From Octopus vulgaris (taxonomy: Eukaryota): DNA of 64,000 nt. Location of the stretch: positions 49,848,001 to 49,912,000 of the forward strand of contig OX597835.1 in the NCBI GenBank assembly GCA_951406725.2, read 5' to 3'. The notes under the pieces were generated by a model. It did no database searches and was not told where the DNA came from. It saw nothing but the letters and a program-made list of their open reading frames with translations. This document shows positions 14,321 through 29,879 of this stretch, piece by piece (position 1 is the first letter of the stretch; each line of letters begins with the position of its first letter). A program made the position numbers and the translations under genes.

Positions 14321-16189
14321 AATTGTTATGGTTTTTCTACTTATTTAAAGTGGAAATAAATATATGACCATTAAGAAATAGAGATTTTTTGTTTGTTTGT
14401 GTGTTGCCCGTTTGACACACACACATCCATGCAGCCCCTTCTTATCGTTTAAGATTTGAGATGATTAGTCTATGAAGAGTCAGTCGACAGCAGGCGACAC
14501 TTATTTGCAGTTGAGGGCAACGTGAAATGAATGCCTTCTCCCGAGACATAAGGCATTATCGGATCTAGGAATTGAACCTGCAAACATACGATCGAAATTC
14601 CAGCAACTTTACCACTACACCATGTGACGTTTCAGAGGGAATATTAAAACAATATCCACTCGTGTAAACGTAAAGATGCGACTGTATAGTGCAATAATTA
14701 TGCCAAGTGTTCTGTGTGGCAGTGAAAGATGCGAAGTGTTGGATTCATTCAAAGCAATTATCCTTGAAAGCAATTGACAAGATCGAATCACAAATGAGCA
14801 AATCTAAAATAAATTCATTTCTGCTTTGGGCTAAAGTACATATTTTTATTGACCCCGAAAGAATGAAAAGTGAAATTGACCTCAGAACATAAAGATGGAC
14901 GAAAAACCAATAAGCCTTTTGCCCGACTCGCAAACGACTCTGCCACCTCGCTAACTTAATAAATCAAAATGTTGTATTGATAAAAGAATTTCCTGTTTTA
15001 AAAACGTTAATTACCTCGTTCTTTTGTGTCCGTTACCACTTTTTAATAAGAAATATTTAAAGAAAGTTAATGAAAATACTTAACGAAATTAATAGCGAAA
15101 ATTTAAATCTATCCAGACATTTCGGTAGGAAGATTTCAAACTTGCAAAAACCAATTCACAAAACGACAGCAGACCGTTCACAATCGAAGAAGCTTGCCAT
15201 TTTCTGCTTCTCACAACATAGAATGGCCCAACCCTGAGTCTAAGTACATTAGAATAATTGTTTATAATATAAACACCAGCCAGAAATTAGTGATAAGGGT
15301 TAATTGATTGCAGACGGCCCAGTATTTCACTGGCACTTTATTTTACAGACCTCGAAACGATAAAAGATAAAATTGGCCTCGGTTGAATTTGAAAAAAAAA
15401 ATCTGCCAATCCACCGGTCTTTATGAATATTTAAGTGGAAAAAAAAATGTTACAAACTTTTAACATAAAATAACAGCGCAGCAAACTTCGCTAACATACA
15501 CCACTCACCACTTGCAACCGCTGACATAAGTAAACACTCAGCCGGTGTCCCATGGTGCATTCTGTTTATTTTGCTCCGTTAGATCGCTCTTTCACGCGGT
15601 TTTATTTAGATTCGCAGCCAGCCAAGGGATTTCAAAACAACTGCAGATTAGCAACATGTCATTATCGGTAGTTTGTGTTCTGTAGACATAAAAAAAAGAC
15701 TTCAGTAATTTGGCCAGTTTATGTCAGTAAGGCCAATGAATCATAATTAGACCTTGTAATTAGCAGTAATTTTAAACATTTAAAAACGGGATTTCTTTAA
15801 AAACACTCGAGCTTTCTTTCCTTCATTAGCAGCAGTACTCTAGATCTGGGTTGGCAAAATGGTTAATGTTCACCCCTGGGGTCTATATAGCTATCCAAGA
15901 TAAACACTTGAAATGACTTTGAGCATTAAGGGTTCGGAATTATAAGCGAACTGAATCTGGAAGAGTTGCAGTAATGGAAAACTAACTTCCAACCAAATAG
16001 CTACGTAATATTCTTTCCTACTAAACGCAGGACGCCGGCAATTTTTGCGGGAGCGGGGGCTGGTCCATTACATCGACGCCAGTGCTTAACTGGTGCCTAT
16101 TTTATTGACCGCTAAAGGACGAATGGTAAAGTTGACCCGGTAGACTTCGAACTCAGAACGTAAGGAAGTTGCACACTTTCTAACCAAGA

Positions 16190-16640
16190 TTGGTTTGAAG
16201 AAGTGGAGTTTTCTTTCCAGCAAGGCGGAGCATCATGTAATGTAAGACCAACTTTGATGCGATTTTACCAAATAAGTCGATTGCCGAAGAGGTTCAGTAC
16301 AATACCCACTGCGTTCACCAGACCTCATACCATAAAATAGTTTTCTGAGAATGCTTAAGTTTTCGGTGCAAAACCTTCAACAGTCGACGACTTGAGGACA
16401 GCCATTAAATGAGAAAGCACTCAAATACCGAACGAAATATTTCTTGATGTTTGCAATTCGAGTTATCAGCAGCGCCTGGACCAGAATGGTCACGAATTTC
16501 AAAACAGAGAATCGTTGAAAGGAATTTTAATTCTGTGCTTAGATTCCATGAAATATTAAAAACCAAACGCATTTTTGGAAAAAAAACTGACTTTATGATT
16601 ATTCAATGCATCAATGCATGTATTCGTTTCTGGGATACCT
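16190..16640 (+). mobile_element. Decayed Tc1/mariner-superfamily transposase fragment
   Basis: FSFQQGGAS (FQQDGA-like), RSPDL, KPSTVDDLRTAI. Confidence 0.55.
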
Positions 16641-16642
16641 TT

Positions 16643-16697
<55 letters not shown>

Positions 16698-18364
16698 GTG
16701 TGTGTGTGTGTGTGCGCGCGCGCGCGCATACATTTATATCTTTTACTTGTTTCAATCATTACACTGTGGCCATGCTGGGGCACCGCCTTGAAGAGTTTTT
16801 AGCCGAATGAATCAACTGCAGTCCTTGTTTTTCTTTTAAGCCTGGTTCTTATCCCATCGCTCTCTTTGGCCGATCTACTAAGTCATGAGAACGTAAACAC
16901 AAGACCGGTTGTCAAGTGGTGGTGGTGGTGGTGGGAGACACACAAACATACACACACACGCACACTCAACTGATACTTGATTTATCGACCCCGAAAGGAC
17001 GAGAGGCACAGCCGACCTCGACGGAATTTGAACTCAGAACGTAAAGACGGACGAAATGCCGCTAAGCCTTTCGTCCGGCGTGCTAACGATTCTGCCAGTT
17101 GGCCGCTTTATAATGCTTCGCCAACATTATTAACAAGATTCACAATCTAACAGGACAGATAATAGCACTACCACTACTACTACCCATACTACAGCAAACT
17201 CTACACACCACCACCATCATCACCACCACCATCATCACCACCACCTACAAATTCCACAAAACACTACAACCGCCCCCGACTACCTCCAAATTCACCAGCA
17301 ACAATGCTACTACCACCACAACGGCCATCGTAAGCAACACACCATCACCACCACCTGCACCAATACCAATACTACTAATACTAAAAGTACCACTACTACC
17401 ACCATCACCATCACTACTATCATCTCCACCAATACCATCAATGTCAATACCACTAACACCACCATTGCCTCCAACTCCACAACAATAATACTGCAACTAC
17501 CACCACCACCACCACCACCACCGCCGCCGCCGCCAACAGTAATACTCATACTACCACCTCCACCACCACTGGCAGCACCATTCGTTCCTTCCTTACCAAT
17601 GGCTGTCAGATATAATGCAATGCTAATCCCTCAGAAAGTGACATCTGCCATTTAAAGGTGGTTGGAGGGGCAGGGGGGGTCCTCTTTCATTTAGTGTGTC
17701 AAAGGTTAGAGAGGAGGGCGGAGTAAGAGAGAGAGAGAGAGAAGAAAGAGAAGGAGAGAGAGAGACACACGGACAGATAGGCAGACAGGGATCATCGAAA
17801 GAGAAACAAGGTTGTTACGGTTGTATTTAAGCCAGGTCAACATCGGTCCAACAAGCATAATAAAAAGCTTTCCAAAGGTGGCCATCTCGTCTTTAACGAC
17901 TACACTATATAATATGTCTCCTTGTATTTTTTTCAAATGATAAGGCGTGATTGGGGTAGATTTTGTTGCTATTTCTAGCAACTTTAGAAACTACGTAGAG
18001 GCACCTTGAAATTTAAACATTGTTTTCACTTGGTCCGTTAATTCCTGATCAAGTGGTAGGGATATCGTCGTGAGCACGGCCTATTTCAGGCCCCTTAAAC
18101 CTGAAGGAACCAAACCCTATTATGGCCTGGCCTGGCCACTGCTGCTTTCTGAAACACACACACACACACACGCACGCACACACATACACAAGCAAACAAA
18201 TACATACACACACAAATACCACATCACACACATACATACGCAAACAAAAATATACATACACATGTACACATGCATACATGCGCACATACACACACATGGT
18301 CATGCTGGGGCACCGCCTTGAAGGATTTTAACCGCAAATAAATCGACCCCAGTACATCTTTTTC

Positions 18365-18590
18365 TATAAAAGGGTATTGTCTTTCATCACGACAATGCCA
18401 GACGCGGCAGAAGTTACTGGGGTCTGCCTGGAAAGTTTTGCACCCTCAGATTTCCACCTGTTTCGGTCTCTTCAGAATTCCTTGAATGGATAGACCTTCA
18501 ACTCTGAAGAGGCTGTAAAAATTTACCTGGAAGAGTTTTACACCGGTAACAACAGGAAATTCTTTGGGCAGGGAAGACTGGATCCACGTT
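18365..18590 (+). mobile_element. mariner transposase fragment
   Basis: IVFHHDNAR..APSDFHLFRSLQNSLNG. Confidence 0.7.
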
Positions 18591-18599
18591 CGAAATATA

Positions 18600-20360
<1,761 letters not shown>

Positions 20361-20628
20361 TATGTATGTATGTATATGTGTATTATATATGTAACTATGT
20401 TTGTATGTATGTATGCATGCATGCATGTATGTATGTGCGTGTGTATGTATGTATGTATGTATGTATGTATGAGTGTATGTATGAAAACAGTTTGATTGAA
20501 ATTCAAAATGGCTGACGACTAGCATCACGCTTGAAACTCAAGAGTACCAACGAAACTATTTTGATCCATACATGTAACTCACAAGAAATTGGTTGAGTGC
20601 CATTCTTTCGTTTGTCCACTCACACTTG

Positions 20629-20698
<70 letters not shown>

Positions 20699-20840
20699 CA
20701 ATAAAGATTCAAGTTAATTTAAATGAATTTACTTGAATATGGTACCTAACTTAGATGCACCAAAACAAACTATACGGTTTTAACAATACAGTAATGTGGG
20801 GTGATTATAAGCGAGAAAAAAGCAACAAGAATGGATAGGT

Positions 20841-20931
20841 TTTTAGTACAATCGTTTCATACAAGGACAGGCTTTATTAAAAGTTGCAAAAATTGCAGCA
20901 TATAAACGTGTCCCGTACTCATCAGCTAAAA
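20841..20931 (-). ncRNA. Mirror copy of the type I hammerhead ribozyme
   Basis: Near-exact reverse complement of 21654-21743 (one extra base) in the left arm of the fold-back. Confidence 0.82.
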
Positions 20932-21653
20932 TACATGTGAGTTCTCTAGACATCCTAGTGGTTGAGGCTATACTCATGAAGTAATGTAGATAATTAAGTA
21001 ACATAAACAGATTTCCAAAGTTCATTAAAGTTCTTTAAAGATGATGTACAGTCTTATCACAGAATTTTAAAAAAGTTTTAATAGCATCACAGAGAAGGTG
21101 ACTTAATCCATAGTGTACATATGAATTTCCAGAGATATGAGGAGGGATTACATACCCACAGACGACAAATTTATCCATTGCTAATCACAACGAGGTTTCA
21201 ATTCCTGCTTATTAGCATTACAGAGAGGGTGAATTAATCCTTTGTATAGATGCACAATTAATCCTTTGTATAGATGCACAATTTCCAATGGTGTAGATAA
21301 TGGTGTATCTACACCATTGGAAATTGTGCATCTATACAAAGGATTAATTCACCCTCTCTGTAATGCTAATAAGCAGGAATTGAAACCCACCTCGTTGTGA
21401 TTAGCAATGGATAAATTTGTCGTCTGTGGGTATGTAATCCCTCCTCATATCTCTGGAAATTCATATGTACACTATGGATTAAGTCACCTTCTCTGTGATG
21501 CTATTAAAACTTTTTTAAAATTCTGTGATAAGACTGTACATCATCTTTAAAGAACTTTAATGAACTTTGGAAATCTGTTTATGTTACTTAATTATCTACA
21601 TTACTTCATGAGTATAGCCTCAACCACTAGGATGTCTAGAGAACTCACATGTA

Positions 21654-21743
21654 TTTTAGCTGATGAGTACGGGACACGTTTATATGCTGCAATTTTTGCA
21701 ACTTTAATAAAGCCTGTCCTTGTATGAAACGATTGTACTAAAA
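21654..21743 (+). ncRNA. Type I hammerhead ribozyme motif (Penelope/retrozyme type)
   Basis: Stem I TTTTAG/CTAAAA; CTGATGA at 21660-66; long stem II GTACGGGACA...TGTCCTTGTAT; GAAAC at 21726-30; quasi-palindromic stem III AC-GATT-GT; GTA cleavage triplet at 21735-37. Confidence 0.85.
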
Positions 21744-21773
21744 ACCTATCCATTCTTGTTGCTTTTTTCTCGC

Positions 21774-21813
<40 letters not shown>

Positions 21814-22412
21814 CAATATATATAGCAATATATACGTTTTGTAGAGGGGACATACATTTAGGCAATGTAGCAGATGAAGCGGACAGAGAGAATCGTTTGA
21901 GCGTCAACCAGAATGATTAGTGATGTTTTGTTAGGAAACTTTTCCGCTTAGAGTTCAAATCTCGCCGAAATCCACATCGTTTTCATTCTTCGAGGGTCGA
22001 TAAAGTAAGTACCAGTCAAATACTATGCTAGATTAGAACCAACAGTCGCCTCACCACCACCATCAGGAAATTCCTGACGCCGTACAAACGTAGGAAATCA
22101 CTACGACATAATAAACGAATATGGAATCGCTGTTTGCAAACAAATGACACATTGTCTTTACTCTAAGCACGTGAGTCTGTGGTCTGCGGGGGGTCGACCG
22201 CGTCCTCCGCTTCATTTTTTTGTAAATCACTCATTCTCATTTAATTGTATATATTATAATTGTTCATTCATATATTTCGTCTCATTCGATACCCTGACCC
22301 CAATGTTTGTTTTGTCTGTCCAAGTATCGTCCCCTCTTTTTCTCAACCTCATCGTTAATAAAGAAATTGACTTAACTTGAGAAATTCTTAATTGTTTTTG
22401 AAACATATACAC

Positions 22413-22720
22413 TTTTTTTTATGATAAATATATAATAGAAAACACATTAAAATGCAAATCTAAAACCGAAGAAAACACAAATATGAACGAAAAAAAGCAT
22501 CACTTTTACCTTCAGTGCCCAAATTACAAGTTACGACGGAACCCACTGAGGGAAGCCAACATGGTTCGCGGTGTTACGACGGGTGATGGCGAGGCTAAGG
22601 CATTGGAACAGCCAAGCACTCTTTGTGAAATTATCTCCCCTTTCTTGAAAGGCGCCACCAACTTCCTCGGCTTCTCTGAGCAAGGTAGTTGTATGACATA
22701 CCCTTCAATGCCCACCCGTC
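22413..22720 (-). mobile_element. 3' end of a CRE/SLACS-like (RLE) non-LTR retrotransposon
   Basis: Minus strand translates SAWLFQCLSLAITRRNTA, similar to the FQRLSxAIQRGNA C-terminal motif; short poly(A) at 22420-22413. Confidence 0.5.
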
Positions 22721-23412
22721 CCCCCATCATCGCATCACCTTTACAGCCGTGACTACTTAACCCGATCTATCATACCCAGGCATGGGGTAGTTATTAGGGG
22801 ACCGAGGGGAGCGGCCGCACCCCCACCAGCACATTTTTCAAAATTGACGCCTTTTCAACAATATTTTTCTTATTATATCATCATCAGCCTCATACAGAAT
22901 AACATTGTTATTAAAACATGAAATTAATTAATGTGGAATACCTGTCTTAGCACTAATGAAATATTTCGCGTCAGAGAAAGCAGTTAAATGTGTCACATCG
23001 TCTTTTCTTTTTTTTTTTATATTCTCGCTGCCATTAATTTTCGAACCTGACCCCTCTTCTATACCCAGGTCAACAAACTGAGTTTCCAGTTCTACCCAAA
23101 GATTCCCCGCAAGACATCACATAACACATGCTGAAGTTGACCATTCCAAGAATCCCTCTCACCATTCTGGTTAAGCCAACAAATAACAAGGATAACGACC
23201 CCACCCCTCCCCACTAAACTAAGATATGACAAAATTTTGCTCTCAACCAAACACGCAGACAAATACTTGTATTCAGACGTACATGGTACGAATTGTATTT
23301 ATAGTTAAGTTTACACAATTGCATACGTGTGTGTGTATTTATGTGTTTATATATATATATGCGTGTGTTACGCGTGTGTACATCTTGCATTCACTCTCTC
23401 ACACACACACAC

Positions 23413-23451
<39 letters not shown>

Positions 23452-23504
23452 TACTTTTATGACATGTGTATGTGCATAATGCATTCGTAATAGCCGATCT
23501 ATGC

Positions 23505-23554
<50 letters not shown>

Positions 23555-23939
23555 TACCTCAAACACACGTCAGGAGACAATCGCAACTTAGATCAAGCTG
23601 ATATACTTCCAGAACAGAAATTACTACACACACACACGCATTAATACACGCATCTACACACACACTCACACACCTGGACCCAAGCAGCCATGTGTACTTG
23701 AAGCACACAAGAAGCGGCGTCATTGGTTAGAGGAGAACAGGCTTGAGCTGTGAACAATCACACTTGCGCTTTATCAGAGTATCCCACAATACATTGCGCT
23801 AATTGATTTCCGTAGGCCTTCATCAGCCGATCTTAATTGGACGAAACTACGTATGTGACGGTCTGCGTTGAAATTGCATATAGGCACACACTCACACATA
23901 CACACAAGCGCGCCTGCCTTCACACTCACACACACGTTT

Positions 23940-23970
<31 letters not shown>

Positions 23971-23999
23971 ATGTATATGTCATATATCTGTCTATCTAA

Positions 24000-24057
<58 letters not shown>

Positions 24058-25423
24058 ATATATATACATACATACATACATACATACATACATACATACA
24101 TACATACATACACACATAACACGTGTATAGACTGAGACATTCATGCACACACGCTTGTGTGTGGATTTCTGTGTATGTATGTTTATGTATGAATGTCATG
24201 TTTTTATATATATATGTGCACGCTTGCATGAACATATACATACGCACATGTTCATTTGTGTGCACACGTATATGTCTATAGATATATGCATACGTGTGAG
24301 AGAGAGAACGAGAGAGAGAGAGAGTGAGAGAGAGAGATTCCATTTACGCCTTTGCATATGAAAGGATTAAAAAGCAGCCAATTGGCGGAATCGTTAGAAT
24401 GTCGGACAGATTATTTTGCAGTAATCGCCCAAGCCGTTGACTCTTTCTGGGTTCAAATTCCGTTGATGATAACTTCGCATTTTATTCCATACAGGATCGA
24501 CAAAATAAGATACGAGTAAAATATTGGGTCGATAGCATCGACTAATCTTGCCCCGTCATTATTCCTTTCAACTGTTATTAGCGACAGAGGCAATACCTAG
24601 GGCTGCTAATATTTTATCCCCACTTAATCGCGGATGTTCTGTTGGAACGAACAATACCGCGGTCGTTACCTTGAGAAACTCTCGTATGGGTTTATAAACA
24701 AAGCCATGGTAACTACCGCAGAATGACTTGTCCTGACAGAACACCCACGTTTAAATCGAAATAAATGTTCCCTCTCTTTCTCCTGTAGATATAAGGCCTG
24801 AAATTTTAGGAGGAGGGGGCTAGTTGATAACGACGACCCCAGTGCTCAGGTGGTACTTATTTTATCGACCCTGAAAGGGATGAAAGGTAACTCAGGACGT
24901 TAAGACGGAAGAAATGCTGTTAAACATTTCGTCCGGCGTGTTAATGATTCTGCTAGTTCGCTGCCTTCGTTCCTCTGCTAATATTATCTAGAATAACTAA
25001 GGCAAGCTGGCGGAAACGTTAGCACACCGGACAAAACGCTTAACGGCATTTCGTCCGTCTTTACGCCCTGAGTTCAAATTCTGCCGAAGTCGACTTTGCC
25101 TTTCATCCTCTCGAGATCGATAAAATAAGCACTAGTTGAACAGTGGGGTCGATGTAAACGACTCATCCCCCTCCCCCAAAGTTTCAGGCCTTGTGTCCAC
25201 AATAGAAAGCATCATCATCATCACCAGACTTCATTTCGTTCACTACCGTCACCACCACCATCTTCGCCACCACCACCACCACCACTACCATCGTCACCAC
25301 CACCACCACCACCATCTTCGCCACCACCATTAATGCAACCAGCAAAATCGCTCGTTCTTGCGGAACCTACGACCTCAACGCTGGATGAGTGGAGAAAAGC
25401 AGATGACCGATGGTGTGCGTGCA

Positions 25424-25479
<56 letters not shown>

Positions 25480-26826
25480 CGTGTGTGTGTGTGCGTGCAT
25501 GCGTGTGTGTGTGTGTGTGTGTGCGTGTGTGTGTATGTGCGTGCATGCGTGTGTGTGTGTGCGTGTGTGTGTGTGTGTGTGCGTGTGTGTGTGTGTGTGT
25601 TTGTGCGCGTGTGTGTGCGTGCGTGTATGCGTACGTGTGTGTGTGTATGCGTACGTGTGTGTGTGTGTGTGTTTTACAGAATGGCTAACCACATACCGAC
25701 GCCACTCAACCCATTCAGCCCTCCTTCACATCTAACCAAAACAAACAAATGGAAAAGGTGGTGGTGGGTGGGATGTTACATGGTGGGGATGACTTGGTGG
25801 ATAGCAGGAGGAGGAGGAGGAGGATTAAAAAGTAAATTATGTAGTAGCAGTAATAGTAGTTGTTTTTATGTGTGGTTTTTTGTGTTGGTTAAAGTCCGGT
25901 GATGAATCGTACGTCAAACTACTCTTAATTCAGTTTTGCTGCAAAACACAAGAAAAAGAGGGTCCGTTTAGACACGTGATCCATCATCTCTCTCTCTCTC
26001 TCTCTCTTCAGTCTCCTCTTCTATCGCTACATTTCTCTACATCAACACCACCACACCACCATCACCTCTACCACCAATGCCAACCCTACACATTTCTCCT
26101 CCTACACCCTCTCCTTCCCATTCCATGGCTTTTACGAAGTTCTGTTAATTGTTGTGCAAACAAGAACACAAAAATAACAACAGCCAATGACAATAATGTA
26201 AACGAGCCCCCCCACACACACACACACACACCCCTTTCTTCGCTCACCACCTCCACCGCCGCCTTCTCCACTACCATCGTGACCACCACCACCGCCATCG
26301 CCACCATTGTAAGTCAGAGACAAAATTACTCATTAAATATGTATTAAGTGTGTGTATGTGTATGTGTGTGTGTGTGCAGTAATATCATTTAAAACATATT
26401 GTAACAAATACATTTCTCTGTGATACAAGTGAAAGAACTCAATACAGAAACAGAGTATAGTTATTAATTTCGTTATGGAGACTGGAGAGGCTGAATGGAC
26501 CGACTCTGAGCAGGGAAAAAGAAACTGGAAGACGGCACTTTTCCATGCCTTGAGGATGGCAGAGTAATCCAGGATTTTGCGCGGCGTTTACCCCGGATTA
26601 CTTTAAGTGGACTGTCCGCTATTGGAGATTCTAATTATTTATTTACTTAATTATTTATTTATCTAATTGTTATTTATATATCCTTTAATGTGGTAACGTT
26701 TACCTTTGATCGATGTAAACCCTACCCGTTTTTCTTTTTGTTTTTTTGGGGGAATTCGTACTTTGATAGTCTTTCATGTCTTGGGTCCTTGTGATCAATA
26801 AAAGAAGTCATTAAATATTATTATCA

Positions 26827-26905
<79 letters not shown>

Positions 26906-27099
26906 ACGCTGTGAAATACGTCGAACGTGTTTTTGACCACGTTGTTTAAGTCTTTGCTCAAACCAGTTTTCACCTGTTTCGTATCTGTTTATGAGCACAA
27001 TTTTTGTTGCATTTCGTCATTAAGGGCACCAGCAATTTTGGGGACTGGTATTTTGTGGTTGTCTTTACCTCTTAAGGGCAAATTTTACCTCCTCGAAAA

Positions 27100-28570
27100 C
27101 GTTTGGGTAGCGTCGTTTTAACAAAGAAGACGCCCACATATGAAACATTGGAGGGGAAGCCTCTTTGTACCATCCCCCTCTCACAGCCGAAGACTCCCCC
27201 CCTTTTTCTTCCGTTCGTTCAACTGCGAAATGTTTGCAAGTTGATTGGTGAGATGGGCCTCAGCAGCAACAGCAACAACAAGCTGACCAACGTCCGACTG
27301 CTGGTAGCCGTGGTCCCCCGTTAGAGAGAAGCCACCGTTGCCCCCAACAGCAGCGACAACATATGCTGCACCTGCAGCAGCAGCATCAACAGAAGCACCA
27401 AAAGCACCGGCAGCAGAGTCTCAACCAAGAACTACACTAGCAGCTGTAAACTCAACAAGAGCAGCACCAGATACGGCAGCAGCAAAAGCAGCAAAAGCGA
27501 CAATAGCCCCATCATCATCATCATCATCATCACCAATAGAAAGACAATCAACAGAACAAGGCATCTCTCAACCCAGATTTCCTTCACCGCCTCTCCCAGA
27601 CACAATCACACCCTTGTCGGGGACAGATTCAGCGGAAACTGGGACCTCGAAATGAAGATAATGTGGGGCACCCCACTAGACAGAAAGAAAAACAAAAGGG
27701 AAGCCAAAAATCATCTTACCCCACCCCCACACCAACACACGCCTCAGGAAACACTGAGAACACCTCATACCAAATACAGACACATTCATAACAACATCCG
27801 CCCCCACCAACACCGCCACCGCCACTAACAACTACAACACTACCACTCACAGAAAGAAAACCTAAACGTTAACGACGATCAACCACAACGACACCTTCAG
27901 GCTAGAAAGAACAGCCAATAAAGACATGATGGCCCTCATAGCACGAAGTGAGAATATTGAGAGAGAGGAGGAGATTTTTAGCACCAACACCTTTAAAGGG
28001 CCTGCAGTTGTACTAATGGTGCGGATGTCATTTGAAACATATAAAAACATTAAGGAGAGCTTTCCCTACGACGTGGGAAACCCTAATGTAGATCCCACCA
28101 ATAGGTTTTTGAAGGAGTTCCCAAAGGAACCATCACTAGATATGGAGATGGAACCACACGATCTTTACCAGCCCCGGGGGAGTAATTCCTTCCATTTTCT
28201 TCTTCTTTTTCTCAACTCTTTCCAGCCAACTCGGCGTTTTTTTTTTTTTAAATAAGTTGAATAAATGTACGAATCGTCCTGGTAACAAGGTTGCTTTTTC
28301 AACGACCTTAGGTCACTAGTTATAGTTGTGCCAGAATTTTCGACACGTGCGTAATAGCCCCTATTTTTGATCTATGCATCTCTTAGTCAGCCTGCAATGG
28401 GTGGCAGGATGGCCGTGCTGTTTAGGAAAGGTCTGGGTCTCGAGGTACCAACGATCTTTCTGAACCCGGACGGGTCCAGAAGGTGGTGAGTTTAGACTAG
28501 TGATTGTCTATGCCCTGACTGGGGCAGGGCAGCCAGATTTCTTCAAGCGTGTAGAAGCCTTCCTTTGAAC
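27100..28570 (+). mobile_element. Decayed Tx1/L1-like LINE: low-complexity ORF1 tail and start of APE endonuclease
   Basis: 28260-28565 reads in pieces INVR..FNDLRSL..GGRMAVLFRKGL..FRLVIVYA..QPDFF, resembling L1/Tx1 APE. Upstream ORFs are Ala/Pro/Thr-rich. Boundaries approximate. Confidence 0.55.
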
Positions 28571-28571
28571 A

Positions 28572-28730
28572 TGCCAGATCAAGCCAAGTTCGGTCAGAGA
28601 AGGAGAAGTTTAAGTTAATATCAAGTTTATAATACATTATTAAAGACTTATGAAGTCTTTAATAATGTATTATAAACTTGATATTAACTTAAACTTCTCC
28701 TTCTCTGACCGAACTTGGCTTGATCTGGCA
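28572..28730. repeat. Perfect palindrome, 78-bp arms, 3-nt loop
   Basis: 28572-28649 is the reverse complement of 28653-28730. Confidence 0.95.
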
Positions 28731-29455
28731 CTTGTTCAGGAGAAGTTCTAATTGTTATTTCTTACCTGTATTCACCTGATGAAAATTCTTTTTATATATT
28801 TTTTTTTTTTGCATAATGTAACATTTCTGTTCATCAATAAAAAAAAACACCTCTGCAACAGCTGTAGTGAACCACAATCCATCTATTGTTACTAGTATTA
28901 TATACATAAATATATATGTGTGTGTGTGTGTATTGGGGTGGATCAAAAAATACAAATTTCAAAATTAGTAACCAAGAATCAATATTTTGTTGCAAGTTAG
29001 GGTTAAAAAAAAGGTGTAAAAAGAACTTAACGGGTAAATATTTTTTTCCGCAGGCTCTGCAATGCAACTGAAAATCTTAAAAACCACTATTTTTGGTCGA
29101 ATTTCATTTCACCTAATTTCGAAATTTCAAGTGCGTTGCGGAGCCTCAAGATCTAACTTTTAGAGCTTAAGATTTTAACAGTTTTGCTTTTAAAGGATTT
29201 CACAAAAGAAAATCGATTCTTAACAAGGAATGTATAAAAATAAAATGAGGAATGGCAAACGTGTTATAAATTGATTTTTCATTCATTGATCAAAATTTCA
29301 AGTGGGCTGCAGAGCCTAAAGATGTAAATTTGAGAACTTCAGATTTTAACTCAGTTGTTTTTAAAGGATTTCGTAATAAAAAATTTATTCCTGAAAACAT
29401 ATTTTGAAAATCTATGTAAAAAGTATCTTTTTTGCTCCACCCTAATATGTGAGTA

Positions 29456-29842
29456 TCTCTCTATATATAAACGGCAGTTTGTCTGTGCGTGTTTCTGTGT
29501 GTCTGTTTTCTCGTACCCTCACCCTGACCACGGCTTTCAACCGATTCTGATGAAACTTGACACACACATAGCCCAATGTCATAATTCAAAACTAACGCAG
29601 CGAAAATTTTGAAAAGTTCCCCCAGTTCTGAAAAAAATCGATAAATTCGACATGGGGTCGAGAATAAAAAAAAACAAACCACAGACTGTCTAGGGGACGC
29701 AACTCAACCTTTTTTTACTCTCAAAAAACAATTTACCATAATTTTTTTCCCATTTTTTTGCTATTTTTTGGCTATAACTCTCTAAAGATGCTTTATAGTT
29801 ATTTCCCTTACAAACCTGAGCAACGCCGGGCGATACTGCTAG
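29456..29842 (+). mobile_element. Second copy of the non-autonomous Helitron-like element
   Basis: Highly similar to 18981-19366, with the same TC...hairpin-CTAG termini. Confidence 0.75.

Positions 29843-29879
<37 letters not shown>

Larger units (their letters stand above)
20695..21773. mobile_element. Fold-back element (inverted arms about 470-490 bp) inserted in (TA)n, Penelope pseudo-LTR-like
   Basis: Arms 20811-21299 and 21306-21773 are near-perfect reverse complements; each carries a hammerhead; (TA)n on both flanks. Confidence 0.8.

Noticed and set aside
23795-23835. Minus-strand CTGATGA AGGCCTACG GAAA
   Set aside because: No stem I or III and no cleavage triplet in register.
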